Part shown: piece after piece, positions 12,133 to 22,145 of the stretch
How positions within the stretch are numbered: the stretch's first letter is position 1
Layout of the letters: every line of letters starts with the position of its first letter
Assembly (NCBI RefSeq): GCF_000372725.1
Contig: NW_005201349.1
Coordinates: 322,723-386,722, forward strand
DNA from: Emiliania huxleyi CCMP1516
Taxonomy: Eukaryota
DNA length: 64,000 nt
Direction of reading: 5' to 3'
Made by a program: the position numbers and the translations under genes
The notes under the pieces: model-generated
The model's database searches: none
Told to the model about the DNA's origin: nothing
What the model saw: only the letters and a program-made list of their open reading frames with translations

Positions 12133-12427
12133 TGTCGGGGGCTTGCACACGGCAGGCACGGCTCATGAGCCGTCGACCGTCGTCGCCGGGCGCTGGTCAA
12201 CACGTAAAAGCCCGCTTTCGGGCCACCTCGCCGTTCCTCGAGCACTGTTGCACTGTTGCACTGGGATCGGGTCGATTCCGCCTGGTCCGAGACCCCTCGA
12301 TCGTCTCGCCCCAGCTGTTACTGTTTGTTACTGTTGTTACTTCTCTCTCTCTTGTTGTTCAGCGGTCAGCAAGCAGTCTTCCTTCAGCGGCTTGTGTGAC
12401 CTGTGTTGTCAGCCTGTGTGTGAGGAC

Positions 12428-12626
12428 AGGTGTGAGCGACACTGCTCGGCGACTGCCGGCACACTGTGAGACCATGGGTGTGAGGTCAAACCACGCTACC
12501 AGCGCTTGGTCACATCGGCCCCGAGGTCAGATCCATCTACTCTGTTGATGACAAGACTGGTCTACCGGCTGGAGCCGAGCAGGAGGGTCCGGCGCACAAC
12601 CCCCTGGTCAACTCACCCTCCACACC
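12428..12626 (+). mobile_element. Dispersed repeat of about 200 bp, copy A
   Basis: Reverse-complement near-match to 29516-29720. Confidence 0.8.
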
Positions 12627-12740
12627 TCGTACGCGTACCCGCACTGGAGCTGGAGATACCTTACTTTATCGGAGAATGACGGTGGCGCAGATGTGGACGA
12701 CCTCTACTGTGCGGAGTTCGTCCGGGAAAGCTCGCCTGGG

Positions 12741-13457
12741 TCATCGCCTGCCCGCAGTCGCATCATACCACCGAAAGATGCGAAAGCCTGTGATTGCAAA
12801 GGCCTGGGCGAGGACGTCGAGGATGACGTCGTTGGCGATGTTGATCAGCCGCACGTCGCCCTCGAAGCTGGCGCCGAGCACGGGCTCGAGGCCCGCCGCA
12901 TCAAAGGCGTAATAAGTGTGCGCCTGGGTGCACAGCAGCAGCAGTCCCGACGCAAAGGCGCCGCCCCGCCAGGTCCGCCGCAGCGCCTCGCCCAGCGAGC
13001 CGCAGAAGGCATCACGCTCAAAGGCGCTGGCGGCGAGCGCGCCGAGCGTCCAGCAGCTCGCCAGCTGGACGCCGTGCGTCAGCGCAGGGAGCACGTATGG
13101 CAGCGACCGGACGTGCGGCACCCACTCGGTCGGCTGCAGCCAGGAACACTGAGGGTAGATGCCGGAGAGGCGGAGCGAGGCCAGTCCCAGCGCGGCCGAC
13201 ACAGAGACGAGCGCGTCTGCGTATGGGAGGCCAGGGTCGTCGACCGTAGGTGCGGTGAAGCGCTCCCGGACAGTGAAGCCGAAAGAGCGACCAGCCTCGA
13301 AGGCCTCGTCCAACGACTCGTCGGGCGGGCTTTCGTCGTCCTCCTCGCCAAGCAGCAGCGGCGTCCCTCGGCGCTGACCGCTTGGACTGCTCGCCTCCAT
13401 GCTCAGCGCTGGGCGCATCATCGAGAAGGCGCAGCTCGCAGTGGCGATGGCCAGCAT
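12741..13457 (-). CDS. Hypothetical, probably plastid-targeted membrane protein, intronless
   Basis: MLAIATASCAF signal-like N-terminus followed by a Ser/Arg-rich transit-like stretch and 3-4 hydrophobic helices. Confidence 0.65.
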   Translation of the reverse strand: MLAIATASCAFSMMRPALSMEASSPSGQRRGTPLLLGEEDDESPPDESLDEAFEAGRSFGFTVRERFTAPTVDDPGLPYADALVSVSAALGLASLRLSGIYPQCSWLQPTEWVPHVRSLPYVLPALTHGVQLASCWTLGALAASAFERDAFCGSLGEALRRTWRGGAFASGLLLLCTQAHTYYAFDAAGLEPVLGASFEGDVRLINIANDVILDVLAQAFAITGFRIFRWYDATAGRR

Positions 13458-14922
13458 TTTCGGACACTTGCAGCAGCTCTTCGCAGCGAGTCTCTCAGAA
13501 AAAGAATTTAAACAACACAAGAATTTTCGCACCTCAGAAAAATATCGTTTTCAGGAGCAGGAGAGCCCACCTGTCCCCCTGATCGTCCTTCCAAAATCCT
13601 GCTCGTGCAGGAGGTTGTCTCTTTTCTTTCTTTCTTTCAAAAAGAATTTTTGGAACATGTGGCCTCGCACGACACCTCCCATCCCTCCCTTGGGTTGTCT
13701 GTTTTCGGACGACGACGAAGCACGCTCTACTAACAGCTCTATCCACAAAACGCGGTCGCACGAAAAAGAATTTTGGAAACCTCCCTCGCACGACACCTCC
13801 CATCCCTCCCTTGGGTTGTCTGTTTTCTTTCTTTCTTTCTTTATTTTTTTGAAATGAACTCGGGGGCACGGGACTGGCGCGCACTGGCACTAACACAGGT
13901 ACACCCGCTGTTGTTGGGAGTGCTGCTTGCTCGCCTTTTGGGGTGGGCAGCAGCGGTAGCTACGCTCTGTGTGGAGACGGGCCACAAAGCTCAGAGGTCC
14001 TCACAGCGGAGAGAGAGGTCCTCACTGCGGAGGTCCTCCCCTCGAGATCCCCTCCGTCTCAGAGACACTCTGATTGCCCCGGCCCGCTTTGCACTCACTC
14101 ACGCACGAGATCCACACTCTTGTGCATTTGCCACGGGAAAAGAATTTTACATAGGTACCCTGAGGTACTCAGCCAAAGTACTTTGAACTTTGGCTACGCC
14201 GTGTCGTGGCGCGGCCGAAGTGTAGAGAGCACTCCACCTGCCATACCTTTGTTTGAGGCGCCATAACTTGCTAGGGAGGGGGTCAGCATTCCCATCCCCA
14301 CATCGTAAGCAAACCCCGACACACACGCCTCGTTTGATCCCCTGAACTCCATCGAGGCAGTTTTGCACAGTTTTGCACTTTCCGCTGCCTCTCGCGCTTG
14401 CCCCGCCGAACCGCGCCTCCGATGAAGCCGCAAGCTACACGCCTGGATCCCCGCGACACCTATTGCTCACGAAACCCACCCCGCCCGCACCGCTCCCGCC
14501 GTGCGATGCGCTCTCGCTCGCCGCCCGACGGCGCCCCTCGGCCTCGCACCGCCTGCTCCCTCCCGCTCGCAGGTGCCGCTGCCATTGAGGAGCCGCGAGA
14601 CGCGTCCGCTGCTGTCCATTCGCCACCCTTGCCCCGCGTTAGCCCGCACACGCGCATCCCATTTTATGCTACTGACGCTCGCTCGCCGTCGCCTGCGCCC
14701 CCGCAGATCCAAACAACGTGAGCGAGGGGGAGCCGCCGCGGCATCTTGCGAGCTGCCTCGAGCTTGAACGCTGCGAGTAGGCGCGGCCCTCCTGAGCCCC
14801 CCATTCTCTCCATTCCCCCTCAAAGATCGCTCTCAGCAGCACTTGATGCGGCCAAACACGATGCGCTGCAATCAGCCGAGCAACCAGCCGAGCGAGATTG
14901 CCCGTGATTGCCCGGGATGAGC

Positions 14923-17900
14923 ATGGCACTTCCGCACCTCGTTGTGGTGGCGCTCGCGAGCTGCACGCTGTGGGTCCCGCGCAGCCCGCCTCCTCCTCTC
15001 TGCCCTCTAGCCCGTCCCGCTCTCGCGCGAGCGTCGCCCGGCTACAGTCCGAGAGCCATAGCAGCGAAGGGGCGTGCCGATGCTCATCGAGACGCGAGCT
15101 GACGCCGTGTTTTGCTGCCCATAGGTGCGGCAAAATCTCAGCCTCGCCGCGTTAGTCCTCACTCGCAGAGAGATGAGATACGTGCGCAGTTTTCTGCAGT
15201 AACCAGTAATCAGTCGCGGTAGTCGGTAGTTCCGCAGTAGGCCGCAGCAACACACTGCAGGAGACCAGTAATAATGCGCGGTAGTACTCTGCACAGTCTC
15301 CAGTAACCAGTAATAGTGCGCAGTAGTCCGTAGTTCCGCAGTTCTGCAGTACCCAGTAATGCGCAGGGTCTGCAGTAACCAGTAATAGTGTCCAGTCCCC
15401 AGTAATAGTACTCTGCACAGTCTCCAGTCCCCATTAATGATAGTAGTGCTCTGCACAGTCTCCAGTAATAATAACAGTGGTGCTCTGCACAGTAGTGCTC
15501 TGCACAGTCTCCAGTAATTATTAATAGTGCTGCTGTGCACAGTAGTGCTCTGCACAGTCTCCAGTAATAATAATAGTGGTGCTCTGCACAGTAGCGCTCT
15601 GCACAGTCTCCAGTAATTAATAATAGTGGTGCTCTGCACAGTCTCCAGTAATGATAGTAGTGCTCTGCACAGTCTCCAGTAACCAGTAGTAATGCGGTAG
15701 TACTCTGCAGTAGTCTGCAGTCTCCAGCCGAGATTGCCCGAGATGCACCCGTCGTAGGTACGAGTGAATTCGATCAACATCATGTCCGAGAAACAGACGA
15801 CAGTGAAGGTCGGCACCGTGCCGGCCAAAGACGGCAGCATTGAGGTCGTCATCTCCGCGCCGAAGTCGCCATCGCTCCTCGGAGCTACGGCGGTGTGCGT
15901 GCATGTCGCAGATCCTCCAACCGCCTCCCATGTCATGCTCCCCTTCTCCCTCATCCACAGGCGTGCGGCGCCAAGGGCGTCCCATTCTCGGGCGGCACCG
16001 CTGCGGCGGTGCTCGGCGAGGGCGCCCTCAAGAAGGACCTGGCCGAGGCAAAGGCGTCGGCCGCGGACACGGTCGACTCGGACGCCGAGACCCACACCAC
16101 TGCACCCGCCCCTTCCCCAATCCATAGGACGCCCTCGCCGCGAACGCGGCCGCGGTCGACACCGGCGCCGATGACGCCGTCTCGCCCACCCCCCCTTCGC
16201 TCTCGGACTACACGAGCGTCGCCAAGAACGCTAGCGTTGACTCGGCCGCGGCGGCGGCGGAGCCGGAGCTGGCCGCGGACACAGTCGACTCGGACGCGGC
16301 CATCTCCGTGTTTGCCGCCCACGAGCCGAGCGCGAGCGCCGTTTTCTGGGTCAAGCTCGCGCGCCCGACCAACCCACCGACGGCCCACACCGGCGTCACC
16401 GAAGACGACCCCGCTCTCGAGCCGGTCATCAAGAACGACCCGGCTGCCAAGCCGGTCGATGGCAGCGGCGAGCCACCGCCGTCCATCAAGGAGTTTCCTG
16501 CGGAGACGCCCGCCCCGGTGGTGAGCTTTAGTAGTCCGCAGCACTCCGCAGTACTTCACAGAGCACAGTAGTCAGCAGTGCTGCAGTAACTAGTAATATG
16601 CAGTAGTGATCCGCAATAGTCTGCAGATCTGCAGTATTCAGTAACGCGCAGCCATACGCCGCAGTAGTGGGTAGGGTGGAGATTAGCCGGGATTGCCCGA
16701 GATTTTTGGCTAGTCTCTCTCGCCTTCTGGCTGTCACAGGCGTCGCTGGCGGGCCAGTCCAAGGGCGAGTCCGCTTCGCTCGAGGACGGCATCCAGTCCA
16801 AGGACGACCCGGCTCTCGAGCCGGTCATCAAGAACGACCCGGCTGCCAAGCCGGTCGATGGCAGCGGCGAGCGACCGCCGTCCATCAAGGAGTTTCCTGC
16901 GGAGACGCCCGCCCCGGCGGTGAGCGCCACGGACGCGGCGGTCGCGGAGCCAGCGCCCAAATATTGACGCCGCCACTTATTGCGCGTGCACAGGGCATCA
17001 CCGACTGGACGACCCCGTCGAACCCACGCCGCAACAACGGGCGCAAGGGCGAGGTCAAGTACACGAAGGTCTCCAACAAGTACGATCCGCTCGACGACGT
17101 CGAGACGAACGCCGCTGCGGAGATCGACAAGGACGAGGACGAGAAGGGTAAGAAGAAGGGCGCGGAGTTGGGCAAGCAGTCCTCGGTGTGTGTGTGTGTG
17201 TTGTGTGTGTGCGCGCCCTCTCTTTCTTACAGTGTAGACCCACCTTTGCTTGACCACACGCCGCGCCACAGTGCGAGTCCGTCTCGCCCGAGCCGACCCC
17301 GACGCCCTTCGGCTTCGGCTTCGGCTTCCGCTCCGGCTTTGGCTTCGGCAAGCTCTGCTCGTCCAAGCTGCTGTGCATCGTCTTCTCAATCGTGGTGCTC
17401 GGTCTGGGCTGCTCGGCCTTTGCCCTCTCTCCGTACGGCTCCGAGCTCCTCGACTCGGTGCCCGACGCGGCCGCGATCCCGGTGAGTTTGAAGCTACCCA
17501 AGCCCGGGTTGTGGTAGGTAGGTCGATCCTCATCAAACTTATTGTTTCGTACTAGGTCTTCGACTCCTCGAACATCACTCCGAAAGCGCGCGAGCCCATC
17601 TTCGCCCCGTCTCTGACGCCGTGCGAGGCCGGCTTCGTCCCGACGTGCGAGCAAGCGAAAGGATTTAGCCTCTGCGGCTTGGCCAACGCAGCGTGCGACA
17701 AGGCGTGCGTCGACGAAGTGAAGAAGACTTGCCCTGTGACGTGCGGCCTCTCGGCGGAGGCGACGTCCGGGCACCTGGACCCGCCTTCCGACTACGGCAA
17801 ACGCTTGCCGTCAGCCGCCGCGGAGGCCATTTGCAGCACTTGCGCAGACCGTCCCGATCTGCCATGCTGCCACAACCACCCGCACGAGGACGGCCGCCGC

Positions 17901-17960
17901 CACCTGTCAGAGTCGTGCACCGACGCAATCATCTCCGCAACGCCGACCATCCGCAACCCA
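14923..17960 (+). CDS. Multi-exon acidic/Pro-rich membrane protein with an internal exon duplication and a Cys-rich (ShK-like) C-terminal part; 3' end cut by the telomere-capped insert; exon joining uncertain
   Basis: Signal-like MALPHLVVVALASC; duplicated DDPALEPVIKNDPAAKPVDGSG.PPSIKEFPAETPAP (16405-16520 and 16803-16920); TM-like LLCIVFSIVVLGLG; CDKACVDEVKKTCPVTCG. Confidence 0.45.
15190..15725. repeat. Degenerate satellite (gtgctctgcacagtctccagtaat units), likely intronic
   Basis: Repeated units seen directly; related gcagta-rich tract at 16530-16668. Confidence 0.9.
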
Positions 17961-18002
17961 GGCGCAGCGCACGCAGCCCTGCCCCGCCTCCCCGCCCCAC
18001 AT

Positions 18003-18054
18003 CCCCCAAACCCCAAAACCCCCAAACCCCAAACCCCCAAACCCCCAAAACCCC
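18003..18054 (+). repeat. C4A4-type telomeric repeat (degenerate: C4-5A3-4), left cap of the insert
   Basis: cccccaaaccccaaaacccccaaaccccaaacccccaaacccccaaaacccc. Confidence 0.85.
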
Positions 18055-18097
18055 AGTCTCAGGCTATTATTAAATAATAAATAAAATATAGTTACTT

Positions 18098-19233
18098 ATG
18101 TTCAAGAAACTTGTTTTGACTCTCTTGGCAGGCATCTCTGCTGATGAAATTTTTGAGCAGCCAGAAGCAACTGGCAAGTGCCACGCTATCGCCTTCAGCT
18201 CCGGAGATGAGGATGCCGCCTACCAGGCTGGTGTTTTGAAGGGCATCACAACCAACCCAAAGCTCTCCCCATCTGACTACGCTTACGATTCAGTCTCCGG
18301 TGTTTCGGGTGGAGCACTCAATGCAGTTCTTCTTTCATCCTTCGAGAAAGGGCAGGAGCAACAAGCTGCTGAAAGAATGGAAGAGTTCTGGAAGGCTGCC
18401 ACTCATTCCCAACTCTACAAGAACTGGTTCGGAGGAATCGCTAAAGGTCTCTTCTTTGAGGGTGGACTCTACAACTCTGCCCCCATGGAAGACTTCCTGA
18501 AGTCTCAATTCAAAGGAGTTCAAATGCACCGAAACCTTGACATTGGAATTGTTGACGTAATCAACGGTGACTACAAGGACTTCTCAGACTTGAACATCAC
18601 CCATGGCGACAACCTGATCGATGCTCTTTATGCCTCCATGTCCTTCGCTGGCTTCTTCCCTCCTGCTGAGGTTCTCGGCTCAGCCTACTACTTTGATGGG
18701 TCTGCTGTGTGGGACATTGACATTTTCTCAGCTATCAACCGATGCTCTGACAAGGGTTTCAAGAATGAAGACATCGTTGTTGATGTGGTGTTGACTTCAT
18801 CTGCCAACCCCAAGCAAGTTGAAGCTGAAGACTACCAGTCCATCGGCATGCTCTTCAGATACCTTGAAATTTCGTCGTTCTACAACTCCATGGATCGCCT
18901 TCTCAGAGCTCAGTTCGCATACAAAGGTGTCAACTTCAGATACGTCATTTCCCCATCAGAAGCAGCATGTACCCACTCAACTTAAAGGAGAAGGACATCG
19001 ACAAGGCCTTTTCCATGGGAGTCAGTGATGCAAACAAGGCCATCTCAGACGGGAGCAAGACCACCTGGAACAACCTTGTGCACTACTACTCCATGAAAAA
19101 GAGTGGTGACGCCAGAATCCTGAAGCACACTTATGGTTCCTTCCGCGATGCCAAAGAAAACAACGAGTTCGAGGAGTACGACATCATGAAGGACGATTTC
19201 ATGAGAAAGTACACTTACAAGCTTCTCCAGTGA
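18098..19233 (+). pseudogene. Patatin-like phospholipase of ciliate-type composition, frameshifted near 18960 (pseudogene or sequence error)
   Basis: Signal peptide MFKKLVLTLLAGISA; AAYQAG; nucleophile elbow GVSGG (GxSxG); ASMSFAGFFP; catalytic FDGS; continuation MYPLN...KLLQ-TGA in another frame; low GC, no introns. Confidence 0.85.
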
Positions 19234-19299
19234 GACTCAAACTGGAGTTGACCTACTACATACATTGAAATCAAATAAATGAATTGAATCCACATATAC

Positions 19300-19327
19300 G
19301 GGGTTTTGGGGTTTTGGGGTTTTGGGG
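19300..19327 (-). repeat. Perfect (G4T4)3G4 telomeric repeat, right cap of the insert
   Basis: ggggttttggggttttggggttttgggg (28 nt). Confidence 0.95.
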
Positions 19328-20931
19328 ATCTCATCAGCAACGACGTGCGTGACCTGGGCTTGCAGGTGGGCTCGCGTGAGCGGTACCACGCTGCCGAGGT
19401 CGGCCACGCTCTCGTTGCCCAAGCGGCCCAGAAATGCCGCCAACGCAGGCACCATCTTAAAATGCTTGAGCGCGCACGCGCTGCGGCAGCAGGGTCGCTT
19501 CTCTGGGGCCTCTTCGGCCAGTACGGCCGGGACGAGGAGCATGGCCAGCACATGGAGCAGCAGGTTCACGACGCGTCGCTCGAACGACATCGCCGCCCCC
19601 GGGGGGTACAGTTAGGTTGTCCTCCGGCGGGCGGGCGGCGCCCCCGGTCCTCTGGCGGCCGGGGTTGGGTTGGAGGGCATTTTTCTCTTTTTCAGGTATT
19701 TCCAGCTCGCTCCAGATTTATTTTTTGAACGAACCTCTTCGTATACCAGTGCTCCTCCTCTCACAACTGAATAAGGGGTGCACAGATTCGGTGTTTCCAC
19801 AATCAAACCGTCTCCGCCGCGGCCAGCTCGTTGCGCCGCTTCTTCCCGACGAGCCGCTCAGGGTCGGCGAAGCGCATGCCAATCACCTGCTTGATCTCGA
19901 AGCAGTATGTCGGCACGACCGCGTCGTCTCCTCCGCCGTCGGCGAGGCGCGCCACGCGGGCCGCCTTCTGGCATTTGTAGCGGGTACACATGGTGCGGCG
20001 CGCATACTTGAGCACACCGTGGGGTTGGTGCAGTTGGCGCACGTGCCTGTGGGATAGGGCGCCATAGCGACGCGCGCACTTGGAGCACTTGGAGTGCAGT
20101 CATTAACCTCACATCCAGGGCCGGGGCGCGCTCCGGGTATTTTTCGGGTATACCTGAGAATTCTCGGGTATACCCGGGTTTTACCCGGCCGGCCACCTGG
20201 GTCGGTCCGAGGGTGTTCTAGGAATGATCAGAATGGCGAGGGCCAGAACGTGTTACATGTACTAGTCAGAACGGACTCCAGTTGCCGTTCCTGGCAACTC
20301 AGCGGGTTGCGCGCACGAAACGGCGGGTGAGCGTTTGAGGTCAGGCCGGAAGGAAGGCCGTGAGGTCCTCGCAAGGCGTCGGGAGCCGGTGCAAAGCGCA
20401 GGCCTCCGCCGCCGCAAAGCCGAGCTCCTTGCCGTACGGTGCGTCATGCCAGTTATATCCAACCGAGCTGTCCCCCCCTCGGACACGTCCCCCCCCTTTC
20501 CTCTCGACTGGTTCCCTCTTTTACATACATAAAATAAGGGGATTGCTAGCCACAACCGGCTTCCAGCCGATTTACCATACGCATACCGGGTCCGGCGAAG
20601 TGGCTAGCGTCGGGTGTGGGACCTCAGGGGACAGAGCCAAGTAGGGTATAAAGTATCCGTACGCCACAAATGGCTGGCTATACTGGGGTACATTAGGAAG
20701 TCAGCGCCATACTGCCATACCTGACAAGGACTCACACTGTGGTAGGGCCAGGTATCCGTACTGCTGTAGCAGTGCCCAGTGCGCCCGGTACCCGGATACC
20801 GGCGTCCGGCCTCCTCGTACTGCAATACTGCGAGAGAGGCGGCACAATACTGCCATACCTCCCACATACAAGTGTCGAAGTATGGCAAAGTATGCATACT
20901 TCAATACCACAGACTTCGCCGCTTGTACGCG

Positions 20932-20987
20932 GATACTGCAGATACTGCAGATACTGCAGATACTGCAGATACTGCAGATACTGCAGA
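20932..20987. repeat. 9-bp tandem repeat (gatactgca)x6 inside a tactg-rich region (about 20570-21000)
   Basis: Direct observation. Confidence 0.95.
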
Positions 20988-22145
20988 CCAGCGGTTGCGT
21001 GTCGGATTCGCCGCTCTACCCGCCATGTGCGTGAGCCCTTTATCGTGCCTCCGAGTAATCCCTCTTGCCTCTCTTGATACTCCCGGCCTCCATTGACAGG
21101 GGGCGACACGGGCAACTCAACCTGGGGCTACTGCTCCGACGACTTTTCTTCCTGGTATCATGAGGACGCCGTGCCAGTCGGACTGGGGGACGTATGTGGG
21201 GGGCGGCGTTTGCCCCGGCGGTTCGGTCAGCGTCTTCAACTTCGATGAGTGGCCTGGGCCGCCGGAGCCGACATACTTCTACGTTGGCCCCGTGCGCTTC
21301 GAGCCGGAGGTTGCCCCGGCCACCCCGGCATAGGCGGGTATCGGTCGTAGTCTTCGGCCGTCTTGCAAGATAGGTGCCGTGATCGCCCACGGCGCGTGGA
21401 GTGTGCTGAAGTCCCTCGCCTGAGTGTGCTACGCGTGCGTGCGCCCACCCCGTGAAGGAAGCAAGAACGGAAGAGGACGCGTACTCTATAGCGGCGCTCT
21501 GTCAGATCTGCTGTGTCTCGTCTCACTCCTCGGGGGAGCTCTCCGGCTCTCGGGTAGTGTCGAAAGGGGGACTCGGAGCGAGCGTCGTGGAGGTTGCAGG
21601 ACGAACGCAGAACTTTCTCTCTTACTCTCACACCTCAACCCCCCGCATGCCAACCAATAGCCGAGAGAGTTGTACACCCAATCCCCACACGTCTCCGGTG
21701 GCGTCGTTATACGTTAAAAACCTACAATCGCTGTGGACCCAGCCACGTACAGGTACGTGTGACGTGTGGTTGCTGTAATGCGTAAATAATGAGCGTTTCC
21801 TCTAGCGCTCGCGAACGAATATATTATACAAAAGTACCTCGAAAAGGCCCCGCACCAGCTCTGTACCTTTCTCCGCATCGGGACTTGGATCGCGACGCTG
21901 GCTTCACTGGGTCTGGATGCGGGAGAGCGGAGAATTCTCCGGAAACTGTGCTGGCTACCGGCCTCCCTCACTGAAGCCTCCAGATCCGCCCCCGTCTGCG
22001 CACACGTGGCATGCTCAGAGGGGTAGGCTCTCAATCAGCTCTCAGCTCGAGAGCGCCTCACGCCCCCCCCTTACCTTGCGTGGGCCATCCTGAGCGCGCG
22101 TTCTCTCAGGCCCGGTGCCAGCACGCCGAACCGTGTAGCGCCCCG

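Noticed and set aside
12428..12626. tRNA or ribozyme within the dispersed repeats
   Set aside because: I could not find a cloverleaf, A/B boxes or a hammerhead CUGAUGA/GAAA core by eye.
19233..19327. Assignment of the insert specifically to Euplotes (28-nt telomere; TTGAA 11 nt from the end)
   Set aside because: The TTGAA is not in the canonical E-Cbs position or orientation, and the ORF appears to use TGA as stop, which is Cys in Euplotes. The donor lineage cannot be fixed without a search.
19730..20065. Possible LTR/polypurine tract and a Cys-rich mini-ORF
   Set aside because: There is no paired LTR, PBS or pol sequence, and the ORF is frameshifted and too short to call.
21000..21970. Possible transposon coding remnants
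   Set aside because: No transposase, RT or integrase motifs were recognised in any frame.
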